Source: an uncultured Myxococcales bacterium (GTDB taxonomy: Bacteria > Myxococcota_A > Polyangia > Polyangiales > Polyangiaceae). From it: a stretch of DNA of 64,000 bases. Positions within the stretch are counted from its first letter, which is position 1; each line of letters opens with the position of its first letter. Location of the stretch: positions 314 to 64,313 of the forward strand of contig CALKVG010000666.1 of the NCBI GenBank assembly GCA_937998045.1, given 5' to 3'. Below the pieces are notes generated by a model, which was not told the DNA's origin, made no database searches, and was given only the letters and a program-made list of their open reading frames with translations. Position numbers and translations under genes: made by a program. Below, in pieces: positions 1 to 8,912 of this stretch.

Positions 1-216
1 GGGCCGTCGCTCCTCGGCGGGATCACGACGGACGCGACCGCAGCGACGACGACGAGCGCGCAACCGTACTGGGGAGCGGCGCTCGACATCGGCGACCAGG
101 AGGTGCTGCCCGGCGGGTTCACCGCAGGGGCGGGCGTGGGCATCGGCTACGTGCACATGGACTCGTCGGGCAGCGTCTTCCCGCGGCTGCTCGCGCAGCT
201 CGGGTGGTCGTTCTGA
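1..216 (+). CDS. C-terminal fragment of an unidentified protein (gene starts upstream of the window)
   Basis: Frame 1 is open from base 1 to TGA 214-216 with G/C-rich third codon positions. Tail is ...GIGYVHMDSSGSVFPRLLAQLGWSF. Absent from the ORF track because it has no start in the window; family not recognised. Confidence 0.4.
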   Translation, partial: GPSLLGGITTDATAATTTSAQPYWGAALDIGDQEVLPGGFTAGAGVGIGYVHMDSSGSVFPRLLAQLGWSF

Positions 217-276
217 CGCCACGTCCACGTCGGCCCTCACCGGGCAGCCGGCGCCAATCCGTGCAAGAGTCGCGTC

Positions 277-1014
277 GTGCTCCCGCTCCGCGATCACCTG
301 CCCACCCGGACGTTCCCGTTCATCAACTACCTGCTCATCGCAGCGAACATCGCGGTCTTCGTGATGGAGCGGCTGACGATCGACAGCGGCGTCGATCCGG
401 ACACGCTCCTCGGAATGTGGGGGCTCGTTCCGCGGCATCTGTTCCGCGATCCCGTCACCGGCATCGAGACGGTCTTCAGCAGCATGTTCATGCACGACCC
501 GACGAACCTGCTGCACATCGGCGGGAACATGCTCTACCTCTGGATCTTCGGCGACAACGTCGAAGACGCGATGGGGCACACGCGCTACGCGCTCTTCTAC
601 GTCGCCGGGGGCATCTGCGCGGCGGCGGCGCAGGTGCTCATCTCGCCGATGTCGCCCATCCCCATGGTGGGCGCGTCGGGGGCGATCGCGGCGGTGCTGG
701 CGGCGTACGTCTTTCTCTATCCGCGTTCGCCCATCACGGTGCTCAACCCCGTCTTCATCCTCTGGTTCTTCTGGGGACTCTTCTTGCAGTTCCCGGCGTG
801 GCTCGTCATCGGGCTCTTCTTCGTCGTGAACCTGTGGGACGCGTTCGCGAGCAGCACTCAGGGCGGCGTCGCCTTCATGGCGCACGTCGGCGGCTTCATC
901 GGAGGCGCGGTGCTCCTCAACTTCTTCATGGCGGGGCGGCAGCGCATGGACGACTACTCGCGCTGGCAGCGCTGGGCGGAGCGACGACGGCGGATGCAGC
1001 GCGACCAGTGGTGA
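277..1014 (+). CDS. rhomboid family intramembrane serine protease
   Basis: 245-aa ORF with GTG start. HIGGNMLYLWIFGDNVED region, catalytic-type GASGAIAAV motif, later HVGGFIGG histidine, and multiple hydrophobic helices. Confidence 0.85.
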   Translation: MLPLRDHLPTRTFPFINYLLIAANIAVFVMERLTIDSGVDPDTLLGMWGLVPRHLFRDPVTGIETVFSSMFMHDPTNLLHIGGNMLYLWIFGDNVEDAMGHTRYALFYVAGGICAAAAQVLISPMSPIPMVGASGAIAAVLAAYVFLYPRSPITVLNPVFILWFFWGLFLQFPAWLVIGLFFVVNLWDAFASSTQGGVAFMAHVGGFIGGAVLLNFFMAGRQRMDDYSRWQRWAERRRRMQRDQW

Positions 1015-1032
1015 GCGAACGCCGACGGAGGA

Positions 1033-3243
1033 GTGCAACGCGCAACCGCGTGGTTACTGTCTCCCGCGATGGTCTCTGCGGATCCCGGACCGGCCCCGCC
1101 TGCCGCTCAGCTCGCGCAGCTGGTGCAGGCGGCTTGGTTTGACGCGGCCAGGGCAGGGATCGTCTTCGTCGACGGCGACGGCTGCTGCCGATACGTGAAC
1201 GACCGGCTGCCTGCGATGCTCGGATGTTCCTCGGAAGAGGTCCTGGGGGTACCGCTGGCGCGGTGGATCTGCGGCGGAGGGCGCGAGGCGGCGCTCACCG
1301 CGCTCGCGGGAAACGCGACCGACGGTAAGGCGCTCGAAGTGGAGCTCCAGCGCAAGGACGGCAACTGCCTCTGGGTCGCCCTCGAGCTGTCGCCGGTGTT
1401 CGAGCCGGACGGCCAGTTCGCGGGGACGCTCGCCGCTGGCGTCGACATCACGGCGCGCCGTCGCGCAGCGGCGTCGCTGCCGGCGATCGCGGAGGCCTCC
1501 CGCGCGCTGGCGAATCAGATGGACGGTCCGGGCGTGGCCCGGGTCGTGGCGCACGCGCTCGGAGGCGGCGTCGTCGTCGGCCTCGCGCATGCGGCGCTCG
1601 TCGGTGTCGCCGCGCCGGACGAGGGCGCGGTGACCTTCCGGGCATGCTCCTCGGTCGACCCGCGAATCGACGCGATGCTGCACCCGCTGCTCGGGCGCGA
1701 GATCCCCGTGGCGCGCGGCTCGGTCGCGCAAGAAGTCCTCCGGACGGGCAAGCCGTTGCTCCTCGGCCCCGAAGCCGTCGACCGGCTGCTCCCGCCGCTC
1801 GCCGAGGTCGTGCGCCAGATCGGCCTGAGCAGCGTGCTCGGCGTGCCCCTCGCGGTATACGGCAGGCCGATCGGGTTCATGTGCGTGTTCCGCTGGGAGC
1901 CCCGCGGCGGCTTCGACGCGACCGACGTGGCGATGCTGAGCGAGATCGCCGAGCGCACGGCGATGGCGTTCGAGCGCGCTTACCTCTTCGACGAGAAACG
2001 GCGAGCGGCCACGCGATCGCAGCTGCTGGCCGACGCGGGGGCGTTGCTCGCGACGACGCTCGAGGTCGAGCCGGCGGCAGCGGGCCTCGCGCGGCTGATG
2101 GTGCCGTCGCTAGCGCACGCCAGCGGCGTGGTGCTCTTCGAGGGATCCACGGTCGGCGCGAGGGCGGTGGCGACCTCGGATCCCGCGCTGGAGGAGGCGA
2201 TGCGCGGGGCGATGAAGGCGCTCGATCCCGGCGCGCCTCCGGGTATCGGGCTGGTTCAGTCGCGGCGAGGGACGCTCGAGATGGACCGCCCGCAGCTCGT
2301 GCGGCACGTCGACGACGACACGCTGCGCGCGCTCGCAGGGGACGACGCGCGCATCGAGGGCCTGCGCGCCGCGCATCTGGACTCGCTCATCCGCGTACCG
2401 CTGCTGGCGCGTGACCGGCTCCTCGGCGTCATCACGCTCGGCAGGACGCACGGCGACCCGTACGACGAGAGCGACCTCGCGTTCGCCGAGGACCTCGGCT
2501 GGCGCGTTGCGCTCGCGATCGACAACGCCCGCCTCTACAAGCGTGCTCTGGAAGCCCTCGCTCTCCGCGACGAGTTCCTCGCGATTGCGGGCCACGAGCT
2601 CAACACGCCCCTGACGCCGCTCAAGCTGCAAGTCGATGCGTTGCGGCGCGGCGAATTCCCTCCGGAGCGCGTGCGCGAGAAGCTCGACGCCGCGTCACGG
2701 CAGCTGGCGCGCCTGACCCAGCTCGTGACCGACTTGCTCGAGATCTCGCGCTTCACCGAGGGCCAGATCCGGCTGGTGCAGGAGAGCTTCGATCTGGCGG
2801 CCCTCGTAGACACGGTCGTCGAGCGCATGGCGGACGAAGCCCGGCGCGCCGGCAGTCGGGTGCAGTTGACGGCGCAGCGGCCCTGCACGGGTGTCTGGGA
2901 CAAGGCGCGCATCGACCAGGTGCTCATGAACTTGTTGTCGAACGCGCTCAAGTACGGCGCCGGGCACGCCGTCGACGTGGAGGTTTCCTGCAGCAATGAG
3001 TTCGCGCGTCTCGTCGTCCGCGATCGCGGCATCGGCATCGCGCGCGAGAACCAGGTGAAGATCTTCGGGCGCTTCGAGCGGGCAAGCTCGCCGCGCCATT
3101 ACGGGGGGTTCGGGCTCGGCTTGTGGCTCGTCCGGCAGATCGTGGACGCCGTCGGCGGCAGCATCACCGTCGAGAGCGAACTGCAGCGGGGCGCGACCTT
3201 CGTCGTGGACCTGCCGCGGAATCTCCCGAGCTCCGGAGCCTAA
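1033..3243 (+). CDS. PAS/GAF-domain sensor histidine kinase
   Basis: 736-aa ORF. PAS-like N-terminus, two GAF-like segments, H-box IAGHELNTPLTPL, N-box LMNLLSNALKYG, G-boxes VRDRGIGI and GGFGLGLWLV. Exact start uncertain. Confidence 0.85.
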   Translation: MQRATAWLLSPAMVSADPGPAPPAAQLAQLVQAAWFDAARAGIVFVDGDGCCRYVNDRLPAMLGCSSEEVLGVPLARWICGGGREAALTALAGNATDGKALEVELQRKDGNCLWVALELSPVFEPDGQFAGTLAAGVDITARRRAAASLPAIAEASRALANQMDGPGVARVVAHALGGGVVVGLAHAALVGVAAPDEGAVTFRACSSVDPRIDAMLHPLLGREIPVARGSVAQEVLRTGKPLLLGPEAVDRLLPPLAEVVRQIGLSSVLGVPLAVYGRPIGFMCVFRWEPRGGFDATDVAMLSEIAERTAMAFERAYLFDEKRRAATRSQLLADAGALLATTLEVEPAAAGLARLMVPSLAHASGVVLFEGSTVGARAVATSDPALEEAMRGAMKALDPGAPPGIGLVQSRRGTLEMDRPQLVRHVDDDTLRALAGDDARIEGLRAAHLDSLIRVPLLARDRLLGVITLGRTHGDPYDESDLAFAEDLGWRVALAIDNARLYKRALEALALRDEFLAIAGHELNTPLTPLKLQVDALRRGEFPPERVREKLDAASRQLARLTQLVTDLLEISRFTEGQIRLVQESFDLAALVDTVVERMADEARRAGSRVQLTAQRPCTGVWDKARIDQVLMNLLSNALKYGAGHAVDVEVSCSNEFARLVVRDRGIGIARENQVKIFGRFERASSPRHYGGFGLGLWLVRQIVDAVGGSITVESELQRGATFVVDLPRNLPSSGA

Positions 3244-4672
3244 CGGGCGGAAACGGCCTCGCCTCCGCGAGGGCTCGCGCGGCTCGCAGGTAACACGAGG
3301 GGCAGGCGCACGACGAAGCGGGCCCCGCTGCCGAGCTCGGACTTGAGGCCGATCGTGCCGCCGTTGGCCTCGATGGCGCGCTTGACGATGGAGAGACCGA
3401 GCCCGGTGCCCGGCTTCCCCTTTCGGCGTCGACGCGGTAGAACGGCTCGAAGACCTTCGCCGCCTCGGCGGGCGCGATCCCTACGCCGTTGTCCTTCACA
3501 GAGAGCTCGTACTGGCCGTCGACCGGCGAGCCGCGCACCTCGATGATCGGGCGAACGCCGCTCTTGCAGTACTTGATCGCGTTGTCGGTCAGATTCCAGA
3601 GGACCTGCCAGAGCAGCCCTTCGGTACAGCGCACCTGGGCGGCGCGGACGTCGACCATCAGGTTCACGCCGCTGTCCTGGATGCGCGGGGCGAGCTCCTC
3701 GCGCAGCTTCTCCGCGGCCAACACGGGATCGCAGACGACCACCGTGAGCGTCGCCTGCGCACGGGAGATGGCGAGCAGATCCTCGATGAGGGCGTTCATT
3801 CGATCGAAGGAGCGCCGGAGGACGGCGTGGTTTTTCTGCTGCTCGGGCGTGATCGCTTGCTTCGAGAGCAATGCCACCGCCAAGCTCGCGGTCGACAGCG
3901 GGTTCCGCAGATCGTGGGCGACGCGGCCGGCGAAGGCGTCGAGCTCGCGGTTGCTGGCTTCGAGCGTCTTTGCTTTGGAAGACGCCACGTCGGCCCGACG
4001 TTTTTGCGCGAACACCAACCAGAGTCCCGTGGCAAGCGAGATCCCGACGCCGGTGACTGCGAGCAGCTGCATACCCCGGGTGGCCGAAGTCTGCAGCGCC
4101 GCCGCGTCGGTCACCGCTTCGTCGGCCAGCGCGCGATTCACGTCGCGAAGCGCGCGGAGGTCACGTTTGGCGAGGTCGAAGGCGGGCTGCAAGGCCACGA
4201 GGCGTTCCCCTGCGACGACGTCGTCGTTGCGGCGCGAAGGCTCGAGCGAACGGTCGAGTCCTGGCCGTACGTCCGCGATCTGCGTCTTCAGCGAGTCCCA
4301 CGGTGCTTGTTCCAGGGGCAGTAACGGATCGGACGCAAACGCGGCAGCGGCCCGATCGAAGTCGGCCCAGCTCGAGGCGATGCCCGCTTCGAGCGCGACC
4401 ATCGCAGGGGTTTCCTTTTCGTAAACGTGCTGCTGGCCGAGAAGCTGGATCCGGTCCAGGTTGCGCCCCATGATCGCCACGCGGTCGAGATCGACGAGCA
4501 TGTCGTGGACTACGGTCTCGGTCTGGGTGCGGAGCCCGGACACGCGCCGCAGCGTCATGAGGTCGGCCGACGCGAAGAGCGCGGCGAGGCAGAGGAAGGG
4601 CGCAAAGAGGACGAGGAGCGCGGGCCTCGTTCGAACCGAACGACCCGCCGGAACGGTTGGCGCATCGAACAT
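3240..4672 (-). pseudogene. membrane sensor histidine kinase interrupted by a 1-nt frameshift in the ATPase domain (pseudogene or homopolymer sequencing error)
   Basis: ORF 3164-4672 has TM helices around a helical sensor, H-box VAHDLRNPLST, N-box NLTDNAIKY and G1 DNGVGI. It then degenerates after FEPFYRVDAERG. The G2 box and tail (KPGTGLGLSIVKRAIEANGGTIGLKSELGSGARFVVRLP...) continue in another frame ending at TAG 3240-3242. The shift maps to the C-run at 3417-3420. Confidence 0.75.
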
Positions 4673-4723
4673 CGCGGAACATCATGGGTCCGCGAGCGCA
4701 CGGTCTCGAGGTGAGCCGCGCTT

Positions 4724-5890
4724 TCAGTCGCCAAGCTGATCGATGCGCCCCTTGTCGACGGCGACGAGCGCGGACGTCGCGACGGCGCGAACGCCCTCGA
4801 GCATCCCGGCGTACCGCTCCTCCTTGGTGTTCCCGTCGACCCAGCGCTTGTAGAGCTGCTGCGCGACCACCGCGAGCTTGAAGAGCGCGAACGCGAAGTA
4901 GAAAAGGACGTTCCCCGCGTCACGCCCCGTGGCGCGCGACCAGCGCTCGACGAACTGCAAGCGCGTCAGGTTCCCTGGAAGGTGGGTCGGGCCGAAGATG
5001 GCGACGTGAAAGACGGGCGGGTCGTCGAGCTGGATCCAGTAGCCGAGCGCCGTCCCGAGGTCCATCAGGGGATCGCCGACGGTGGCCATCTCCCAATCGA
5101 GCACCGCGACGACGCGCGCGAGATCCGGCGACAAGACGAGGTTGTCGTACTTGAAGTCGTTGTGGACGAGCGTGGCGCCGCTCTCGCCGGGGCGGTGCTC
5201 GTCGAGCCAGCTGCCGAGGCGCTCGACCTGCGGGACGTCGTCGGTGCGCGCCTTGCGATAGCGCTCCGCCCAGCCGCGCACTTGCCGCTCGACGTAGCCC
5301 TCGGGCTTGCCGAGGTCGCCGAGACCGATGGCGCGCCAGTCGAGGTTGTGGATCTCGACCAGCGTGTCGCAGGCCGCCGCCGACGCCTCTCGCATCGCGT
5401 CCTCGCTCAGCGCGAGGCTCGGTGCGGCGCGCCCGCGAAGGATGACGCCCCGCACCCGCTCCATCGCGTAGAACGGCGTGCCGAGGATCGCAGCGTCTTC
5501 GCAGTACGCGATCGGCCGTGGGGCCTTCGTCCACGACGGCGCGAGCGCGCGCAGGATGCGGTACTCGCGCCCCATGTCGTGCGCGCTCTTGATGGCGACC
5601 CCGGGCGGCGCGCGGCGCACGACGATCTCGCGCTCGCCGAGCCGCACGAGGTAAGTGAGGTTCGAGTACCCGCGGCCGAACTGGAGAACCTCGACGAAGT
5701 CTCGACCACGCTCCGGCAAAGCCGGAGACGTGCCGTCCAAGTCTCGACCACGCTCCGGAGACGTGCCGTCCTCCCCGCTCTCGCCTTCGAGCGACGCGCC
5801 GGCGTTCGCCCGCAGCCAGGCGACGAGCGCCGACGCGTCGAAGCTCTGCCCGGCGCGCACCTTCGAGGGCTGGTCGAGGAGATCGGTCAT
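4724..5890 (-). CDS. phosphotransferase family protein (APH/choline-kinase fold, ACAD10/11-type partner of acyl-CoA dehydrogenase)
   Basis: 388 aa. Motifs LVHNDFKYDNLV and LDWEMATVGDPLMDLG. Lies 12 nt downstream of an acyl-CoA dehydrogenase gene. Contains the repeat insertion at 5699-5771. Confidence 0.8.
   Translation of the reverse strand: MTDLLDQPSKVRAGQSFDASALVAWLRANAGASLEGESGEDGTSPERGRDLDGTSPALPERGRDFVEVLQFGRGYSNLTYLVRLGEREIVVRRAPPGVAIKSAHDMGREYRILRALAPSWTKAPRPIAYCEDAAILGTPFYAMERVRGVILRGRAAPSLALSEDAMREASAAACDTLVEIHNLDWRAIGLGDLGKPEGYVERQVRGWAERYRKARTDDVPQVERLGSWLDEHRPGESGATLVHNDFKYDNLVLSPDLARVVAVLDWEMATVGDPLMDLGTALGYWIQLDDPPVFHVAIFGPTHLPGNLTRLQFVERWSRATGRDAGNVLFYFAFALFKLAVVAQQLYKRWVDGNTKEERYAGMLEGVRAVATSALVAVDKGRIDQLGD
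5699..5771. repeat. tandem pair of a ~40-bp hairpin-forming repeat (second copy lacks 9 nt), inside the phosphotransferase CDS
   Basis: GTCTCGACCACGCTCCGGCAAAGCCGGAGACGTGCCGTCC at 5699-5738, then AA, then GTCTCGACCACGCTCCGGAGACGTGCCGTCC at 5741-5771. Inverted repeat CTCCGGC/GCCGGAG. A third copy lies at 19731-19769. Confidence 0.9.
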
Positions 5891-5902
5891 GGGCGCCCTC
5901 GC

Positions 5903-7105
5903 TCAGTGTACGTCGAGGCCGTAGCCGCGGAGAATGCGCCGCGCGAGGGCCACCTTGTGGACCTCGTCCGGGCCGTCGTAGATGCGGGCCGCCCGCTCGT
6001 GGCGCCACCAGAAGGCGAGCGGCGTCTCGTCGGTCAGGCCGAGGGCGCCGTGCGTCTGGATGGCGCGGTCGAGGACGCGCTGGAGGACGCCGGCGACGAA
6101 GAACTTGATCATCGAGATGTCGTCGCGCGCGGCGGTCGCGCCGTTCTGGTCGATCGCGTGCGCCGCGCTGAGGACCATCAGGCGCGCCGCGTGGATCTCC
6201 GCGCGGCTCTCGGCGATCCACGCCTGGACGATCTGACGGGTCCCGAGCGGCTTGCCGGGCGAGATGACGCGCGACGCGGCGCGCTTGCACATGAGGTCCA
6301 TCGCGCGCTCGGAGATGCCGATCCACCGCATCGCGTGGTGGATGCGCCCCGGGCCGAGGCGCTCCTGCGCGAGGAGGAATCCGGCGGCCTCGGGGCCGAG
6401 GCAGTTCGCGCGCGGGACGCGGACGCCCTGGTACTCGATCTCCGCGTGACTCGCCCAGTCGCTCCCCTCCTCGCCCATGACGGAGACGTTGCGCACGAGG
6501 CGCACGCCGGCCGTGTCGGCAGGTACGAGGATCTGGCTCGCGCGCGCGTGCGGCTTGTCGGCGTCCGGATGGGTGACCGCCATGACGATGAAGAACGCCG
6601 CGCCGTCGGCGCCGCTCGTGAACCACTTGCGGCCGGTGATGACGTAGTCGTCGCCGTCCTTGTCGGCGCGGGTCGACATCCACACGGGGTTCGAGCCGGC
6701 GTGGTCCGGCTCGGTCATCGAGAAGGCGCTGCGAATGCGGCCGGCAGCGAGCGGCTGGAGGAAGCGCTCCTTCTGCGCGGGGGTGCCGTGCAGCATGAGG
6801 AGCTCCATGTTGCCGACGTCGGGCGCCTGGCAGTTGAGCGCGTAGTGACCGAGCGGCGTGCGGCCGAGCTCCTCGCTGACGAAGGCGTAATCGTAGAGCG
6901 AGAGGCCCATGCCGCCGAGATCGCGCGGAAGAAACGGCGCCCACACGCCGGCATCGCGCGCCCCCTGACGGACGTTCGCCAGGATGGGCAAGAGATCGCG
7001 AAAGCGAGCGCCGGCGAGCTTCGCCTCGAGGGGCTGCACCTCGTGGCGGACGAAATCGCGGACGCGCAGGATGGGCTCGCGGGCAGCGGGCGTCGGCTCG
7101 AACAT
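5903..7105 (-). CDS. acyl-CoA dehydrogenase
   Basis: 400 aa with ACAD-like segments SAFSMTEPDHAGSNP, WFTSGADGA and GALGLTDETPLAFWWRHERAARIYDGPDEVH. Confidence 0.9.
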   Translation of the reverse strand: MFEPTPAAREPILRVRDFVRHEVQPLEAKLAGARFRDLLPILANVRQGARDAGVWAPFLPRDLGGMGLSLYDYAFVSEELGRTPLGHYALNCQAPDVGNMELLMLHGTPAQKERFLQPLAAGRIRSAFSMTEPDHAGSNPVWMSTRADKDGDDYVITGRKWFTSGADGAAFFIVMAVTHPDADKPHARASQILVPADTAGVRLVRNVSVMGEEGSDWASHAEIEYQGVRVPRANCLGPEAAGFLLAQERLGPGRIHHAMRWIGISERAMDLMCKRAASRVISPGKPLGTRQIVQAWIAESRAEIHAARLMVLSAAHAIDQNGATAARDDISMIKFFVAGVLQRVLDRAIQTHGALGLTDETPLAFWWRHERAARIYDGPDEVHKVALARRILRGYGLDVH

Positions 7106-7185
7106 GGCGGGAGACTAGCAGGCTGCTCGCAAAGGGAGATGGGCCGCCAGGCCGCAAAGACGCTCCGATCGTCCTGGCGCTCGGC

Positions 7186-8406
7186 GTGCTACTCGTGAGC
7201 GAGATGAACGGCGATCGGCGAAACGCGCGTCTGCCCGTCGCCGTCATCCTCCTCGGCTTCACGAGCCTCTTCACGGACGTGGGGACGGAGATGATCTTCC
7301 CGCTGTTGCCGGTGTTCCTCACCGAGACGCTGCGCGCGGGGCCGGCGTACCTCGGGCTCGTCGAGGGTGCGGCGGACACGGTGTCGAGCCTCCTCAAGCT
7401 CGCGTCGGGCGTCATCGCCGACCGCACCGAGAGGCGCAAGCCGCTCGTCCTCTTCGGCTACGGCCTCGCGAGCCTGGCGCGGCCGTTCGTCGCGCTCGCC
7501 ACGCGCCCGTGGCACGTCCTCGCGGTGCGCGTGACCGACCGCGTAGGCAAGGGCGTGCGGAGCTCACCGCGCGACGCCCTCATCGCCGACGCCGCCGGCG
7601 ACCGCGCGGGCCGGGCGTTCGGCTTCCACCAGGCGATGGACAACGCAGGGGCCGTCGCGGGGCCGCTCCTCGCGACCGCGCTCCTCGCCGCGGGGCTGTC
7701 CTTGCGCGGCGTCTTCTGGGTCGCCGTGATCCCCGGCGCCGTCGCGACCGCGCTCGTCGCGGCCGTGCGCGAGCCGCCGCGCAGCGCTCCGGGGGCCGCC
7801 AGACCGGCCGCGACGGCCAATCGCGAACCTGTCCTCACGCGCACGCTCACGACGTACCTCTTTGTCCTCGGGCTCTTCTCGCTCGGCAACTCGTCGGACG
7901 CGTTTCTCCTTCTGCGCGCGCGCTCGCTCGGCGTGGCGACCGCGCAGGTGCCGGTCCTCTGGGCGGTGCTGAATCTGTCGAAGGTGGTCTGGGCGTACCT
8001 CGGGGGCGACGCCGCCGACCGCGTGCGGCGAGCGCCGCTCATCGCCGCGGGGTGGTTCGTCTACGCGCTCGTGTACACGGGGCTCGGCCGCGCAACGGCG
8101 TCCTGGCAAGTGTGGGCGCTCTTCGTGGTGTACGGCGTCTTCTACGGGCTGACCGAGCCCGTCGAGAAGGCGCTCGTGAAGGACTTGGTGCGCCCGGAGC
8201 AACGCGGCCGCGCGTACGGCGCGTACAATTTCGTCGTCGGGGTCACCGCGCTGCCCGCGGGGTTGCTGATGGGCGGCATCTGGAACGGCTACGGGCCTAC
8301 CGTGGCGCTCGAACTGGGAGCGGCGCTCGCCGGGGTCGCGGCGGGGCTGCTGCTCGCGTGGGACGCGTGGCGCGCGCGGTTTGACGAGAGCGCGCCGGGG
8401 CCTTGA
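7186..8406 (+). CDS. MFS transporter
   Basis: 406 aa, about 12 hydrophobic segments, MFS loop motif ADRTERRKPL after the second helix pair. Confidence 0.8.
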   Translation: MLLVSEMNGDRRNARLPVAVILLGFTSLFTDVGTEMIFPLLPVFLTETLRAGPAYLGLVEGAADTVSSLLKLASGVIADRTERRKPLVLFGYGLASLARPFVALATRPWHVLAVRVTDRVGKGVRSSPRDALIADAAGDRAGRAFGFHQAMDNAGAVAGPLLATALLAAGLSLRGVFWVAVIPGAVATALVAAVREPPRSAPGAARPAATANREPVLTRTLTTYLFVLGLFSLGNSSDAFLLLRARSLGVATAQVPVLWAVLNLSKVVWAYLGGDAADRVRRAPLIAAGWFVYALVYTGLGRATASWQVWALFVVYGVFYGLTEPVEKALVKDLVRPEQRGRAYGAYNFVVGVTALPAGLLMGGIWNGYGPTVALELGAALAGVAAGLLLAWDAWRARFDESAPGP

Positions 8407-8522
8407 GGTCTGGTCCGCGTTCCAGGCGATCGTTCGCCTATCGGGACGCGAAACGCGCGAAGCGCGACTCATGGCCTGAGCGTCGCACTTCTTCCGCTCA
8501 GAATCGCGGCCCAGAGGCTCGG

Positions 8523-8825
8523 GGGCGCGTCCGGTACGCTGCCAATCGCGATTCATACGCTGTCGGGCGCGTCCGATACGCTGCCTATCGCGGTTCACGC
8601 GCTGTCGGGCGCGTCCGATACGCTGCCAATCGCGATTCATACGCTCAGGAGCGCGTCCGACACGCTGCCAATCGCGATTCATGCGCTCAGGAGCGCGTCC
8701 GATACGCTGCCGATCGCGATTCGCACGCTGTCGGGCGCGTCGGGCACGCTGCCAATCGCGATTCATACGCTGTCGGGCGCGTCGGGCACGCTGCCAATCG
8801 CGATTCGCACGCTGTCGGGCGCGAG
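8523..8825. repeat. 42-bp tandem repeat array, 7 full copies plus a partial copy, each centred on the palindrome AATCGCGATT
   Basis: Units start at 8523, 8565, 8607, 8649, 8691, 8733 and 8775. Consensus GGGCGCGTCCGATACGCTGCCAATCGCGATTCATACGCTGTC. Perfect palindromes at 8544, 8628, 8670, 8754 and 8796, all separated by multiples of 42. Confidence 0.95.
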
Positions 8826-8912
8826 TCGAAGCCGCGCGCCCCGCGGCTCATCCTTCCAAGAGCGTCCCTTCCTCCGCGGGCAGCTGGGCTTGCGGCAACG
8901 CCGCACGCATGT

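Noticed and set aside
4920-7439. Very long ORFs antisense to or overlapping real genes (for example 4920-7439, 4982-7198, 12383-14401, 50590-52740, 55943-59116, 58723-61608, 61226-63676)
   Set aside because: Their translations are Arg/Ala/Pro/Gly-rich low-complexity strings with no motifs, whereas the opposite or alternative frame carries clear family signatures. Stop codons are rare in all frames at this GC content.
8523-8825. The 42-bp repeat array as a CRISPR locus
   Set aside because: The units are directly abutting with no unique spacers, and no cas genes are present in the window.
8403-8912. The repeat array as an N-terminal coding extension of the hydrolase (ORF 8403-9959) or as part of antisense ORF 7564-8766
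   Set aside because: Third-codon-position G/C is only about one half in every frame of the repeat, versus far higher in neighbouring genes. The encoded (RVRYAANRDSYAVG)n looks non-biological. The possibility is kept open in the corresponding finding.
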